From: Bacteroidales bacterium UBA1205 | GTDB lineage: Bacteria > Bacteroidota > Bacteroidia > Bacteroidales > WCHB1-69 | DNA length: 64,000 bases | Direction of reading: 5' to 3' | Assembly (NCBI GenBank): GCA_002309615.1 | Contig: DBXT01000056.1 | Location: 3,671-67,670, forward strand | Part shown: in pieces, positions 47,575 to 57,300 of the stretch | Numbering within the stretch: position 1 is the stretch's first letter | Layout of the letters: each line of letters begins with the position of its first letter | Notes under the pieces: model-generated | Database searches by the model: none | What the model saw: only the letters and a program-made list of their open reading frames with translations | Told to the model about the DNA's origin: nothing | Program-made: the position numbers and the translations under genes

Positions 47575-50500
47575 CTATTTTGTTCCGCCTATCACGGTTA
47601 CAGAACCATTGAGGATGATAGTGTTGGTTTCGGACAATGGCATACCGTATACTACCCAATAATATACGCCATCGGATACACGGCTGCCTTGTTTATTACG
47701 TCCATCCCACCAGAAATCGGTGCCCGGGCTGGGACAATTAGGATCGGTACAACTGTTTTTCCATACCAATACGCCCCATTTGTCATATATTTCCATCTTG
47801 AATTCTTTGAAGAATCCTTTATCTTCAATAGGACGGAATACACATGGTTCACCGCCTACGGTAGCATCAGGTGTAAGCACGTTCGGGAACGACATACTTT
47901 CTGTTACCAATACTTGTTTTTGAACCGTGCTCTTACATCCGTATTCATCCGTAACCACTAAAGTAACGGTGATATATCCGGAAGTGTTTTCATAAATATG
48001 ACTTGGATTTTGTTCAGTTGAATCCACTTCATCATCACCGAAATCCCATGACCATTTCACCAATTTACCGTCACCTTTGGTAGAAGCATCTATGAAATTA
48101 AATGTTTCTCCCGCATTTGCTTCCGTAGGTGTAGGTGTAAAGTCGGCAACAGGTGATATGTAAGCAAATATCACAACTGTATCGGTATAACGCTTTACAC
48201 AATTTTTAGGTACAAAGGTTATATCCACATCGTAAGTGTAATTACCGGATTGAGCAAACTCTCTGCTTGCCGGATGTCCTTCCATGGTTTCACCATCGCT
48301 GAATGTCCATTCATATTTGGATATTCTGGACATTTGCAAAGGCGTAATGGTGCTGGAATCAACGGTGAACACCACTTCCAAACCATCACATGCCTTGGCT
48401 GTATCAGGTATAAATTTCACATCGGGTATTTCTATCACCTCTATATATTTGCTGGTGGATTTAGCACAAAGTTTGGAATATCCTGTAACGGTTACCTTAT
48501 AGAAACCGGCAGAATCGTATTGAGTTTGTCCGTTATCCATAGTTGTGGTATCACCACCTTCATAGAATGTCCAAGTGGAAGAGTCCAGCGCTAAAATTCC
48601 CGGTTGAACAACAGTAGTATTATTAAATGTAATAGGCACTTGAGGACAATACAAGCTGTCTATATCAAAATCGGGTTTCATTTCTATTGCCCATATAGTA
48701 TCTTCGCCGAGCCATTCCACTACACAACGTTCGCGGTTACCATTGTTGTTGGTCCATTTTATCAATGTGAAGAAAGGAATATATGCACCGGGAACCTTAT
48801 AAGTATTACGCACCGTATTGTTAACGGCAATACCGGAACGGATTACCTGGGTAGCTCCATCAGGGTTGATGATAATACTGTCGGTATTGGTAATGGTAGG
48901 TTGGAATGCTACTGTCAAATTTACACAGCCTGATAGCGGAGTGTAAGTAAAATCACCGGCAGGACCATCTATAAAGAAGTAGCCTACATTATAAGATGTA
49001 TCGGTACAACTTGCGTCATCGGTTACTATATAAATCACATCATAAGTTCCGGCAGAGTGATACAAGTGCAAAACGGTATCCATTTTGCTACCCTCTGCAT
49101 GATTAGCCGAACCGCTTGCGGTATCACCGAAATTCCATTCGTAATAAACGATGTTACCTTGAGAATTATCATAGAAACTTGCATTGATACCCGTGCTTCC
49201 CGGACAAGGATAATTATGTCCGTTATCGGTGAATGCCGCTATAGGACGGGTTATGCATATAGAATCGGTGAAAGTGGATGAGCAATCCATACCATCTGCC
49301 TCACAAGTTACCGTAACGGCAATACAATTCATCACATTAGGTAAATCGTAAGTGTGAGGAACCACTTTTTGTGCTTGTGTGGAAGTGGAAGTAATGGTTT
49401 GTGTATACACAGGAGAACCATCACCAAAATCCCAACGGCATGTTAGAGTGGTATTCTTGTTATATGACTTAGGAAATACTTCCGATGTATTGGTAAAAGG
49501 AACCGGTGTTTTGTTGCAATAGGTCTTTTTGGTGGTGGTAAAACGAGCATCCACCATGTTTACCAATACATATTCGGGGAATTCTATGGTTGAGTCACAA
49601 CCATATTCGTTAATAACCGTCAATTTAAGGTCTTTCAAACCATAAATGGTATCTACCAAAGCCGGATTTTGCAAATGAGAAGTATCTTTTCCAAGTACCC
49701 ATTCCCAACCTGTAATACGCAAGTTTTCAAACGGGAACGGAGAGAACGATGCATCTTTCAAATACAATGTATCAGGATTATTCAAACACAATGTGTCTCT
49801 ACCGAAATAATAGTTGGATTTGGTACGGCTGGATACAAATGCCGGAATACTCTGAGGATATACATTGACTATCAATGTATCGTTAAATATACATTTACCA
49901 TAAGCAGATGTATCTTGTAATACAGCTACATAACTATTGGGGTAATAGAACTTAACCCATGTACCGCCTATAGGTGGTCGTTTACTTGCCACAGGTTTGT
50001 ATCCATGGGTAGGATACATCTCATTGAGTGGCCATGCTACATGATTCGGATCTGCTGCCGAGATAAAGGAGAATCCCCACAATTCATGTGAAACGCAATT
50101 AAGCACTTCGGTGGAATCCCAAAAACGAATACTATCACCTGCACACACATACACATTTTCACTTCCCATATCGGTGGTAAAATTCATTCTATAGGGGGAT
50201 ATTAAAAATACTTGTTGAGTTTCATCGGTACAATATCCGCAACGATTGTAAGTCGGGCTGGTAGAATCCAAGGAATCGGTATTTTCTGCCCACAAGGTAG
50301 CTATAATCACACCTTCCAAATTACACAGGTAGCCCGGTTCTGCACCACCGGTGTCACAATAATAGAACGATGGATCCGGATCGGTCGGCAACAAAGTGTC
50401 CGTCCATGTTTGTTTGTATTTACCATCGCCAAAGCCCCAACGATATGCTGTACCCAAACAATTGTCATGTGTTTTGGCAAATTGTACGTTAATAAAATCA

Positions 50501-52518
50501 CAATATTCAGGAGGTGTACCATCCATATCATTTTTCGGGTTATCAAATGCCACTACAGGAGGACACACATAACAAGTACTATCCAAAGTAGGACCGCTAC
50601 CACCGCATCCGTTATGACTGGGTGATAATTGCAAAGCATGATAACCGGGTGAAGAGAATCCTACGCTGGTGGTATCTCCGGATCCTATGGGAGCGCCTGT
50701 AGAGGGATCTATCCACGTCCAATCATTGGCATAAGCATCACCGACTATATTGCCATTGCTATCCAACACATCGTATGCTCTTACATTCAAACCTATGGAA
50801 GCTTTACAATCTTCTTTGAAATCAAATTCGAAGGAACAAACAGGAGGATATCCTACCATAATGGTATTGATATATACATCATATTTACATCCTTGTTCGT
50901 TGATTAGCGTTACATATACCTGATATACACCCGTATCTTGATAAGTATGTGATTGAACATCTACGTCTAAAGAGTTAGTTGTATCGGTAGTATCTCCAAA
51001 ATAATCCCAACGCCATATAAAATCAGTAATAGGCGATGATGTTACCAAAGAGTCTACTATATTGGCTAACGTAACAGAGTGAGGTGCACATCCGTGAGGC
51101 GGATTAGGTGGTGCAGGATCTATAACTGCAGCACGGGCACTCATTGCAAAGAAGTGCACTCTGAAAAATACTGTATCCAAAACACAACCATAAGGTGTGG
51201 TAACTATCATCTGGCATTCGTAATCTCCCAATGCAGGATAGGTGTGAGCTATGGTATCACCCACGCCTGTCATTCCGTCACCGAAACTCCACCATGTACT
51301 TTTAAAACCGAAATTATCGTTGGAATTATATGCTGTGGAATCATAGAACAACACAGGGGTTGCCGGGTCACACATATTGGTATCTATCACATAAGGAATA
51401 CCGGCAACATCATCATATACATGTATGGTGAAAGTATCATAAGCGATACACCCTTGCGGGGCGGTAGCTTGTACTACTACATCAAAGGTACCGGATACAC
51501 GGTATGTTTTTTCCAAATAGGAGTTAGCGGAGAAATTTTCATAACCATCGCCCCATGTCCATTTGTATTGAGTACCTCTCACATTCAAACCTTGTACCAC
51601 TGTTTTGGAAGGCACGCCGCAAAGAATGGTATCGGAAACATTATAAAGTGCCTCAAAGTTAATCATTTGTATATAATTATACTTCGTAAGCGTATCCGTA
51701 CATCCTTTGGGAGAGGTGGCTACCAAGGTAACGTTATAAGTTCCTTGAGGGAAAGTTACTGTCGGATTGGCTGAAGTACTGGTTTGATACGGGTTATTCA
51801 TAGGACCGAAAAACCATTGGTAGGTGTTTCCGGTGGTAACACCTGTAGTATTGGTAAAAGTAGATGTTCCTGAAGTTTGGTTATTGTTATAACAAAATAT
51901 GGAATCTGACGCATAAAAATCAGCTTCCGGCTTTTGCCACATAGGAACAGCATCTTGCATGGTATACGATGTTGAACAGCCGTTGGTATCGGTAATGGTA
52001 AGAGTTACAGGATATGAAACCGCTAAATTACCGTTGTTTTCATATACGTATTTAGGATTTGGCTGTGAACTTTGACCACCATCACCAAAACTCCACAAAT
52101 ATGAACGAATTTGACCGGCATTACCGGGGGCGGTAACGGATGAAGTAAACGATACTTCTTCGCCCGGACAAATAGTATCTCCTGCAGTGGTAAATGTTGC
52201 TGTTACAGGATTTACCATACGAATGGTAGCCGTTTTGGTTTTAGTGGTATTACTATAAGTTACCGTTAAAGTAACGGTAAATGTACCGGCTGTGGTGTAA
52301 GGGTGAACGGCATCCATGGTGGTTGCATGCGTGGTGTTATCACCAAAATCCCAGTCCACACTTTGAATACCACTCGGATTGGTACTGGTATTAGTGAATG
52401 TAACCGTACCGGGTACACAAGGCGTGCCATTGGTATAATACCATGTAAAATCGGCCATTTGTGCCATTGCCATCCCTGACATAAAACAAACAATACTAAT
52501 AATAAAAAATTTCTTCAT
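47575..52518 (-). CDS. Giant secreted PKD-repeat protein with gliding-type (type B) T9SS C-terminal domain, 1647 aa (paralog of 42640..47451)
   Basis: Signal peptide MKKFFIISIVCFMSGMAMAQ. Collinear with its neighbour, for example FIDGPAGDFTYTPLSGC against FIDGPIGDFTYTPLSGC. C-terminal domain FPNVLTPD..MEIYDKWGVLVWKN..GSRVSDGVYYWVV..ILNGSVTVI. Confidence 0.85.
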   Translation of the reverse strand: MKKFFIISIVCFMSGMAMAQMADFTWYYTNGTPCVPGTVTFTNTSTNPSGIQSVDWDFGDNTTHATTMDAVHPYTTAGTFTVTLTVTYSNTTKTKTATIRMVNPVTATFTTAGDTICPGEEVSFTSSVTAPGNAGQIRSYLWSFGDGGQSSQPNPKYVYENNGNLAVSYPVTLTITDTNGCSTSYTMQDAVPMWQKPEADFYASDSIFCYNNNQTSGTSTFTNTTGVTTGNTYQWFFGPMNNPYQTSTSANPTVTFPQGTYNVTLVATSPKGCTDTLTKYNYIQMINFEALYNVSDTILCGVPSKTVVQGLNVRGTQYKWTWGDGYENFSANSYLEKTYRVSGTFDVVVQATAPQGCIAYDTFTIHVYDDVAGIPYVIDTNMCDPATPVLFYDSTAYNSNDNFGFKSTWWSFGDGMTGVGDTIAHTYPALGDYECQMIVTTPYGCVLDTVFFRVHFFAMSARAAVIDPAPPNPPHGCAPHSVTLANIVDSLVTSSPITDFIWRWDYFGDTTDTTNSLDVDVQSHTYQDTGVYQVYVTLINEQGCKYDVYINTIMVGYPPVCSFEFDFKEDCKASIGLNVRAYDVLDSNGNIVGDAYANDWTWIDPSTGAPIGSGDTTSVGFSSPGYHALQLSPSHNGCGGSGPTLDSTCYVCPPVVAFDNPKNDMDGTPPEYCDFINVQFAKTHDNCLGTAYRWGFGDGKYKQTWTDTLLPTDPDPSFYYCDTGGAEPGYLCNLEGVIIATLWAENTDSLDSTSPTYNRCGYCTDETQQVFLISPYRMNFTTDMGSENVYVCAGDSIRFWDSTEVLNCVSHELWGFSFISAADPNHVAWPLNEMYPTHGYKPVASKRPPIGGTWVKFYYPNSYVAVLQDTSAYGKCIFNDTLIVNVYPQSIPAFVSSRTKSNYYFGRDTLCLNNPDTLYLKDASFSPFPFENLRITGWEWVLGKDTSHLQNPALVDTIYGLKDLKLTVINEYGCDSTIEFPEYVLVNMVDARFTTTKKTYCNKTPVPFTNTSEVFPKSYNKNTTLTCRWDFGDGSPVYTQTITSTSTQAQKVVPHTYDLPNVMNCIAVTVTCEADGMDCSSTFTDSICITRPIAAFTDNGHNYPCPGSTGINASFYDNSQGNIVYYEWNFGDTASGSANHAEGSKMDTVLHLYHSAGTYDVIYIVTDDASCTDTSYNVGYFFIDGPAGDFTYTPLSGCVNLTVAFQPTITNTDSIIINPDGATQVIRSGIAVNNTVRNTYKVPGAYIPFFTLIKWTNNNGNRERCVVEWLGEDTIWAIEMKPDFDIDSLYCPQVPITFNNTTVVQPGILALDSSTWTFYEGGDTTTMDNGQTQYDSAGFYKVTVTGYSKLCAKSTSKYIEVIEIPDVKFIPDTAKACDGLEVVFTVDSSTITPLQMSRISKYEWTFSDGETMEGHPASREFAQSGNYTYDVDITFVPKNCVKRYTDTVVIFAYISPVADFTPTPTEANAGETFNFIDASTKGDGKLVKWSWDFGDDEVDSTEQNPSHIYENTSGYITVTLVVTDEYGCKSTVQKQVLVTESMSFPNVLTPDATVGGEPCVFRPIEDKGFFKEFKMEIYDKWGVLVWKNSCTDPNCPSPGTDFWWDGRNKQGSRVSDGVYYWVVYGMPLSETNTIILNGSVTVIGGTK

Positions 52519-52542
52519 ATTGATATATTACTTTTTTAATTA

Positions 52543-52550
52543 CAAAATTA
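52543..52550 (-). promoter_or_regulatory. -7 promoter box (TAATTTTG on the - strand) for the 1647-aa gene
   Basis: CAAAATTA on the + strand, 24 nt upstream of ATG 52518. Confidence 0.5.
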
Positions 52551-52667
52551 TTTCACTCTATAGACGAAACACCTTTACAAAAAGTTGCCACCTATGTTAA
52601 AAAAATATTTGCAAAGGTACGAAAAAAATGACAATAAACCAGTTATTGTGAAAAATATTTTTTCATA

Positions 52668-54977
52668 CTATCGTCTCACCCCTGTTATTTGGTCAATAAC
52701 ATTTTGGCATTCAGCACTAAAATTAGGAAATTTTTTAGCAGTACGCTCCAACAAAGCCAATGCCTCATCCCTATTGCCTGTTTGTGCCAAGAAAATAGCA
52801 TCATAATAATTGGCTTCAAACGTACGCTTGTTTTTATTCATGCATGCTTCCATTATCTCTTTGCCCTTGTTTATATTACCCATTTGAGCATACATCATTG
52901 CCAAATTGTAATAATATTGCGGAGAATACGGATTTTCGTCTATCATGCGCTGATGTAAGGCAAATATTTGGTTGAGCATATTTTGGTCATGTGTGGCTTG
53001 ATATACATTGCTATAAACATTGGCTGCCACATTTAAGAAATTTTCATTAGGACACACGCTTACTAATTGATTGGCATAATACAGCATGGAATCCACACGA
53101 TGAATGTTGGCATATAACTCTATCAAACTCAGTATGGCTGTTTCATTATGAGTGTCGTAATTATATGCATCTTTATAGGCTGCAATGGCTTGTTGCATTA
53201 CTTCATAACGTTCTTCATTTGACAAAGCTGTGTCGGATAATTTGGCCTTCAATTGATATCCTTCATAATCCGATTTGTTTTCGCGTTTGATAATGGCAGC
53301 TATGGGTTTTCCTCCTACATCTATGGTATGTATGGTTCCCTTGGGCGGCCATATCCCGTTTTGAAGTTGATATGCATTGATATAGGTATTGATGGAAATA
53401 GCATAATCCCAATCGGAATTACCACGTTCGTAATATCTGATATAACTCACCTCATAACTTTTAGCCGTATCGTAGCGGAAATAATATTCTATAGCCTTAT
53501 GGTCGTTGGAGGCAATGATAATTTTCTTTCCTTGTACCGGCTTTAATTTATTTTCTATCAAATAATTATCCAACCATTTAGCTGCTGCACGCGTAGAATG
53601 TTGATAATAATCTGTTTCATATTTGCCGTAATTGGCGGCTATGCCTCCGCAAAGTTGGTTATAATATACATATTCATGCGGATGCGAACGTACAATATGC
53701 ACTATCGGGAACAGCATTAACAATCCGAATAATATTAAAATCAAAGGACGAATTTTCGGTTTGACATATTCATATAAATGATCCCACCCCAAGGCTGCTG
53801 CCGTTACAAAAAACGGATAGGTAAACAAAACATGGCGCCACCCTCCATACACATTGGATGCCTTATATATTATATATAATATAGGGAATGCAAACGAAAA
53901 AACGATGATAAACGCTATTACCCCACCCTGCTTTTTCACTATTTTTTTTATGAAACAGCAAAATAATATTAAACCCAATATCACCACTTCGGGAATAGTC
54001 ATAAATATATATTTGGGTAAATAATACCACGGAGCATTGGTTGACCAAATATTCACTCCCTCAAATATTTGTTTAAGATTAACGCTGTAATGCTCCATTA
54101 AGTCCAACGATTCTTTAGCATGACTAAACGGACTTTGTTGCAAATACGGCCAAAGAATAATGCTGACAAAAAATCCGCACAAGCCAGCTACTGCCAATTT
54201 AGCTATCAATATCAATCCTTTGGTCCAAAACTGCTTTTCCGTCCATTTGTTTTCTTTGTTGGCAAAAAAGTACCACACCCCGCAAAATAGCATCAAATAA
54301 GCCACCAACATCATACCGCCTATACGAATGCTGTTAGCCAATCCTATACCTAAGGCTATATAAATTAATCGTTTGATTTTTGTTTTCGGCAATTCTTTTA
54401 CCAACAGCACCATTTGATAAATAGCCAAGGTATAACCCAAGGCAAAAGGAATATCTTTGGGGTTGTTGAAAGAGTGGCCGAGAAAACGAGGAGACAGTAA
54501 TAGCATCAAAAAACCGAGCAAAGCGGCTCTATAGCCGCAAATTTTAGCTAAAAGCAAGGCGATAATAAAAGCTATGCACCAACCGGCCAAAGCATTGCAG
54601 GCATGCCTGAACTCATAGGGATGGTCTATGTGAAACCATTTGATAAACAAATAGGTAAAATTATCAAACGACTGTCCGTAATATTCCAAATTTTGCGTAA
54701 GCGGATCACCTTGGGTATTCAATGCAGCGGTGTCCCCTTTGGCGAAATAATCGTACACTCTGGATGAATGTACATAACTGGATTTTTCATCACCGGAAAT
54801 ACCCGAATTTAAACTCAAAATCGGAGTTAACACAAAAAATATTGCAGCTACTATATAAAATATAGTACGATAAATTTTACTTTCCCTGCCATTGTTTTGC
54901 TGAACATCATTTTGAGCAGCTTCGATATTTTCAAAACGCTTTGACGTATCCTCTTTTTTACGATATTTTATAGCCAT
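52668..54977 (-). CDS. GT-C fold glycosyltransferase (family 39 / ArnT-PMT-like) fused to C-terminal TPR repeats
   Basis: About 10 or more TM helices. Acidic first-loop motif SGISGDEKSSY. C-terminal soluble TPR-like repeats (YYYNLAMMYAQMGNINKGKEIMEACM, YYDAIFLAQTGNRDEALALLERTAKKFP). 769 aa. Confidence 0.75.
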   Translation of the reverse strand: MAIKYRKKEDTSKRFENIEAAQNDVQQNNGRESKIYRTIFYIVAAIFFVLTPILSLNSGISGDEKSSYVHSSRVYDYFAKGDTAALNTQGDPLTQNLEYYGQSFDNFTYLFIKWFHIDHPYEFRHACNALAGWCIAFIIALLLAKICGYRAALLGFLMLLLSPRFLGHSFNNPKDIPFALGYTLAIYQMVLLVKELPKTKIKRLIYIALGIGLANSIRIGGMMLVAYLMLFCGVWYFFANKENKWTEKQFWTKGLILIAKLAVAGLCGFFVSIILWPYLQQSPFSHAKESLDLMEHYSVNLKQIFEGVNIWSTNAPWYYLPKYIFMTIPEVVILGLILFCCFIKKIVKKQGGVIAFIIVFSFAFPILYIIYKASNVYGGWRHVLFTYPFFVTAAALGWDHLYEYVKPKIRPLILILFGLLMLFPIVHIVRSHPHEYVYYNQLCGGIAANYGKYETDYYQHSTRAAAKWLDNYLIENKLKPVQGKKIIIASNDHKAIEYYFRYDTAKSYEVSYIRYYERGNSDWDYAISINTYINAYQLQNGIWPPKGTIHTIDVGGKPIAAIIKRENKSDYEGYQLKAKLSDTALSNEERYEVMQQAIAAYKDAYNYDTHNETAILSLIELYANIHRVDSMLYYANQLVSVCPNENFLNVAANVYSNVYQATHDQNMLNQIFALHQRMIDENPYSPQYYYNLAMMYAQMGNINKGKEIMEACMNKNKRTFEANYYDAIFLAQTGNRDEALALLERTAKKFPNFSAECQNVIDQITGVRR

Positions 54978-55009
54978 TTACTTACTATTTTTAATGAAAA
55001 ACGAATTTG

Positions 55010-55017
55010 CAAAAATA
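55010..55017 (-). promoter_or_regulatory. -7 promoter box (TATTTTTG on the - strand) for the GT-C gene
   Basis: CAAAAATA on the + strand, 32 nt upstream of ATG 54977. Confidence 0.45.
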
Positions 55018-55215
55018 AACAAAAAAACATAACAACTCCCTTTTCAAAGAAAAAAATCATTGGTATCATTGCTGTAACATGATTTCTACCAATACAAATT
55101 TTAATTATCTCACAATGAACAACAAATAAAAAAATACGGCAGTAATGCGGTTTTGCATTGTTTTTTTTTGTACCTTTACTTATTTTGCACACATAACATA
55201 ATATACTGAATAACA

Positions 55216-56673
55216 ATGGGGTTAATACAGAAAGATTTAAGCAATTTGCAGGATTTGTTTCCAAACACATTTACCAAAGAGCAAGTATCGGCATGCAAAA
55301 CTTTATTTTTAAAAAAATTGGCAATAAAAGCGCATGCCCGCTTTAAAGGAAAAATGCAAACCATTCCTAAGGTGCCGGTAAACGGCTACAATTGGTTCAA
55401 TGTTTGGTACACCCCCGGAGTGTCGGCTATCTCCACGGCTATTCGTGACAATAACGACCTGTCCTATATCTATACCAATAGAAGCAATTTAGTGGCAGTA
55501 CTATCCGACAGCACACGCGTATTGGGAGACGGCAATTGCACACCTCCGGGCGGATTGAGTGTGATGGAGGGAAAAGCTTTTTTGATGAAATATTTGGGCG
55601 GAATAGATGCCATGGCTTTATGCATAGACAGCCGTGATCAAACAGGCAATCCCAACCCTGATAATATCGTCAATTTTGCCCGCATGGCACAACATAGTTT
55701 TGGCGCCATCAATTTAGAAGATATATCTTCCCCTAATTGTTTTAAGGTATTAGACGATTGTCAAAAAGTATGTGACATTCCCGTATGGCATGACGACGCA
55801 CAAGGAACCGCCTGTGTTACTTTAGCCGGATTAATCAATGCATTACGTTTGGCAGAGAAAAAAATATCGGAAGCGAAAATAGTGCTTTTCGGTGCCGGTG
55901 CCGCTAATTCCAGTATTGCCCGACTGCTCATGGCCGACGGTGCTCAAGGTAAGAATATTGTCATGTTTGACATCAACGGTTCGTTGAATATTCATCGTAC
56001 CGACTATCAAAACAATCCTATGGCGTATCGGCAGTGGGATTTGTGCCAAAAAACCAATCCGCAATGTATCACCTCCGTAGAAGAAGCATTTACCGATGCC
56101 GATGTGGTAATATCTTTATCTAAGCCCGGTCCTGATACCATTAAACCTGAATGGATACGCCTTATGGCACCCAAACCCATTGTGTTTGCATGTGCCAACC
56201 CCGTTCCGGAAATTTATCCGTATGCAGCCAAAGAAGCCGGAGCTTATATAGTAGCCACCGGTAGAGGTGATTTTCCCAATCAGGTCAACAATTCCATTTG
56301 TTTTCCCTCCATACTCAAAGGAGTACTCTTAATTCAATCACGCAAAATAACGGATACCATGGCTATTTCAGCTGCCCGTGCTATTGCCGACTTCGCTCAA
56401 AAAAGAGGAATATCCGTTGATAATATTATCCCTAAAATGAGTGAAAACGATGTATTTCCTTATGTCGCCGCCGAAGTAGCCATGCAAGCTCAAAAAGAGG
56501 GATGGGCACGATTGTCTCTTTCGGCAAAAGACGTATATGCTATGGCTCAACAAGACATAGCAGATGCACAAAACACTATCAACCTACTTACAGAACATAA
56601 TATGTTGCCACAAATGGAAGCATGCGAAATACAAGAAATACTGAATGAAGCCATTAATGAAACAACAAAATAA
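55216..56673 (+). CDS. NAD(P)-dependent malic enzyme (short form, no PTA-like domain)
   Basis: WYTPGVS, VLGDGNCTPPGGLSVMEGKAFLMK, LFGAGAANSS Rossmann motif, 485 aa. Confidence 0.85.
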   Translation: MGLIQKDLSNLQDLFPNTFTKEQVSACKTLFLKKLAIKAHARFKGKMQTIPKVPVNGYNWFNVWYTPGVSAISTAIRDNNDLSYIYTNRSNLVAVLSDSTRVLGDGNCTPPGGLSVMEGKAFLMKYLGGIDAMALCIDSRDQTGNPNPDNIVNFARMAQHSFGAINLEDISSPNCFKVLDDCQKVCDIPVWHDDAQGTACVTLAGLINALRLAEKKISEAKIVLFGAGAANSSIARLLMADGAQGKNIVMFDINGSLNIHRTDYQNNPMAYRQWDLCQKTNPQCITSVEEAFTDADVVISLSKPGPDTIKPEWIRLMAPKPIVFACANPVPEIYPYAAKEAGAYIVATGRGDFPNQVNNSICFPSILKGVLLIQSRKITDTMAISAARAIADFAQKRGISVDNIIPKMSENDVFPYVAAEVAMQAQKEGWARLSLSAKDVYAMAQQDIADAQNTINLLTEHNMLPQMEACEIQEILNEAINETTK

Positions 56674-56682
56674 CTCACAGCA

Positions 56683-57270
56683 ATGATAGATTACATCAAC
56701 GGAATAATAACCGAAAAAACACCCACTTACGTTGTAATAGAATGTGCAGGCATAGGATATATGATTAATATTTCTCTTAATACCTATAGCCATTTACCAC
56801 AAACCCAACAACCATGCAAACTACTAACACATCTACAAATAAAAGAAGACGCCCATGTGCTATTCGGATTTTCCTCTGCTGAAGAACGACACATGTTCCG
56901 TATACTCATCAATGTATCCGGCATAGGACCGTCAACTGCACAAATGATGCTGTCGGCCATGAGCGTGTCGGAATTGGTGTCTTGTATAGCCTCCGGCAAC
57001 GCTGCAGCCCTGCAAACCATCAAAGGAATAGGCGGGAAAACAGCACAACGTATCACCATAGAATTAAAAGATAAAGTCGCAAAAATAGATGTGGACGTTA
57101 ATAATTTTTCAAAAATAGACAATAATTTGCGAGCAGAAGCGTTATCTGCATTGACTTCGCTTGGTTTTGTAAAAACCGCTGCCGAAAAAGTAGTGGATAA
57201 AGTAATCAGCAATAGCGATGGTTCTTTATCGGTAGAAGACATTATTAAGCAAAGTTTAAAATTGTTATAG
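56683..57270 (+). CDS. ruvA: Holliday junction DNA helicase subunit RuvA
   Basis: MIDYINGIITEKTPTYVVIECAGIGY. Helix-hairpin-helix motifs VSGIGPSTAQ and IKGIGGKTAQRI. 195 aa. Confidence 0.92.
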   Translation: MIDYINGIITEKTPTYVVIECAGIGYMINISLNTYSHLPQTQQPCKLLTHLQIKEDAHVLFGFSSAEERHMFRILINVSGIGPSTAQMMLSAMSVSELVSCIASGNAAALQTIKGIGGKTAQRITIELKDKVAKIDVDVNNFSKIDNNLRAEALSALTSLGFVKTAAEKVVDKVISNSDGSLSVEDIIKQSLKLL

Positions 57271-57300
57271 AAATAAACATTGGTACATACTAATACACAT

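Noticed and set aside
55171-55187. Candidate promoter for the malic-enzyme gene (TACCTTTA at 55171-55178, TATTTTG at 55181-55187).
   Set aside because: Neither matches TAnnTTTG exactly (one has G to A, the other lacks one T). It is plausible but below the standard applied to the other boxes.
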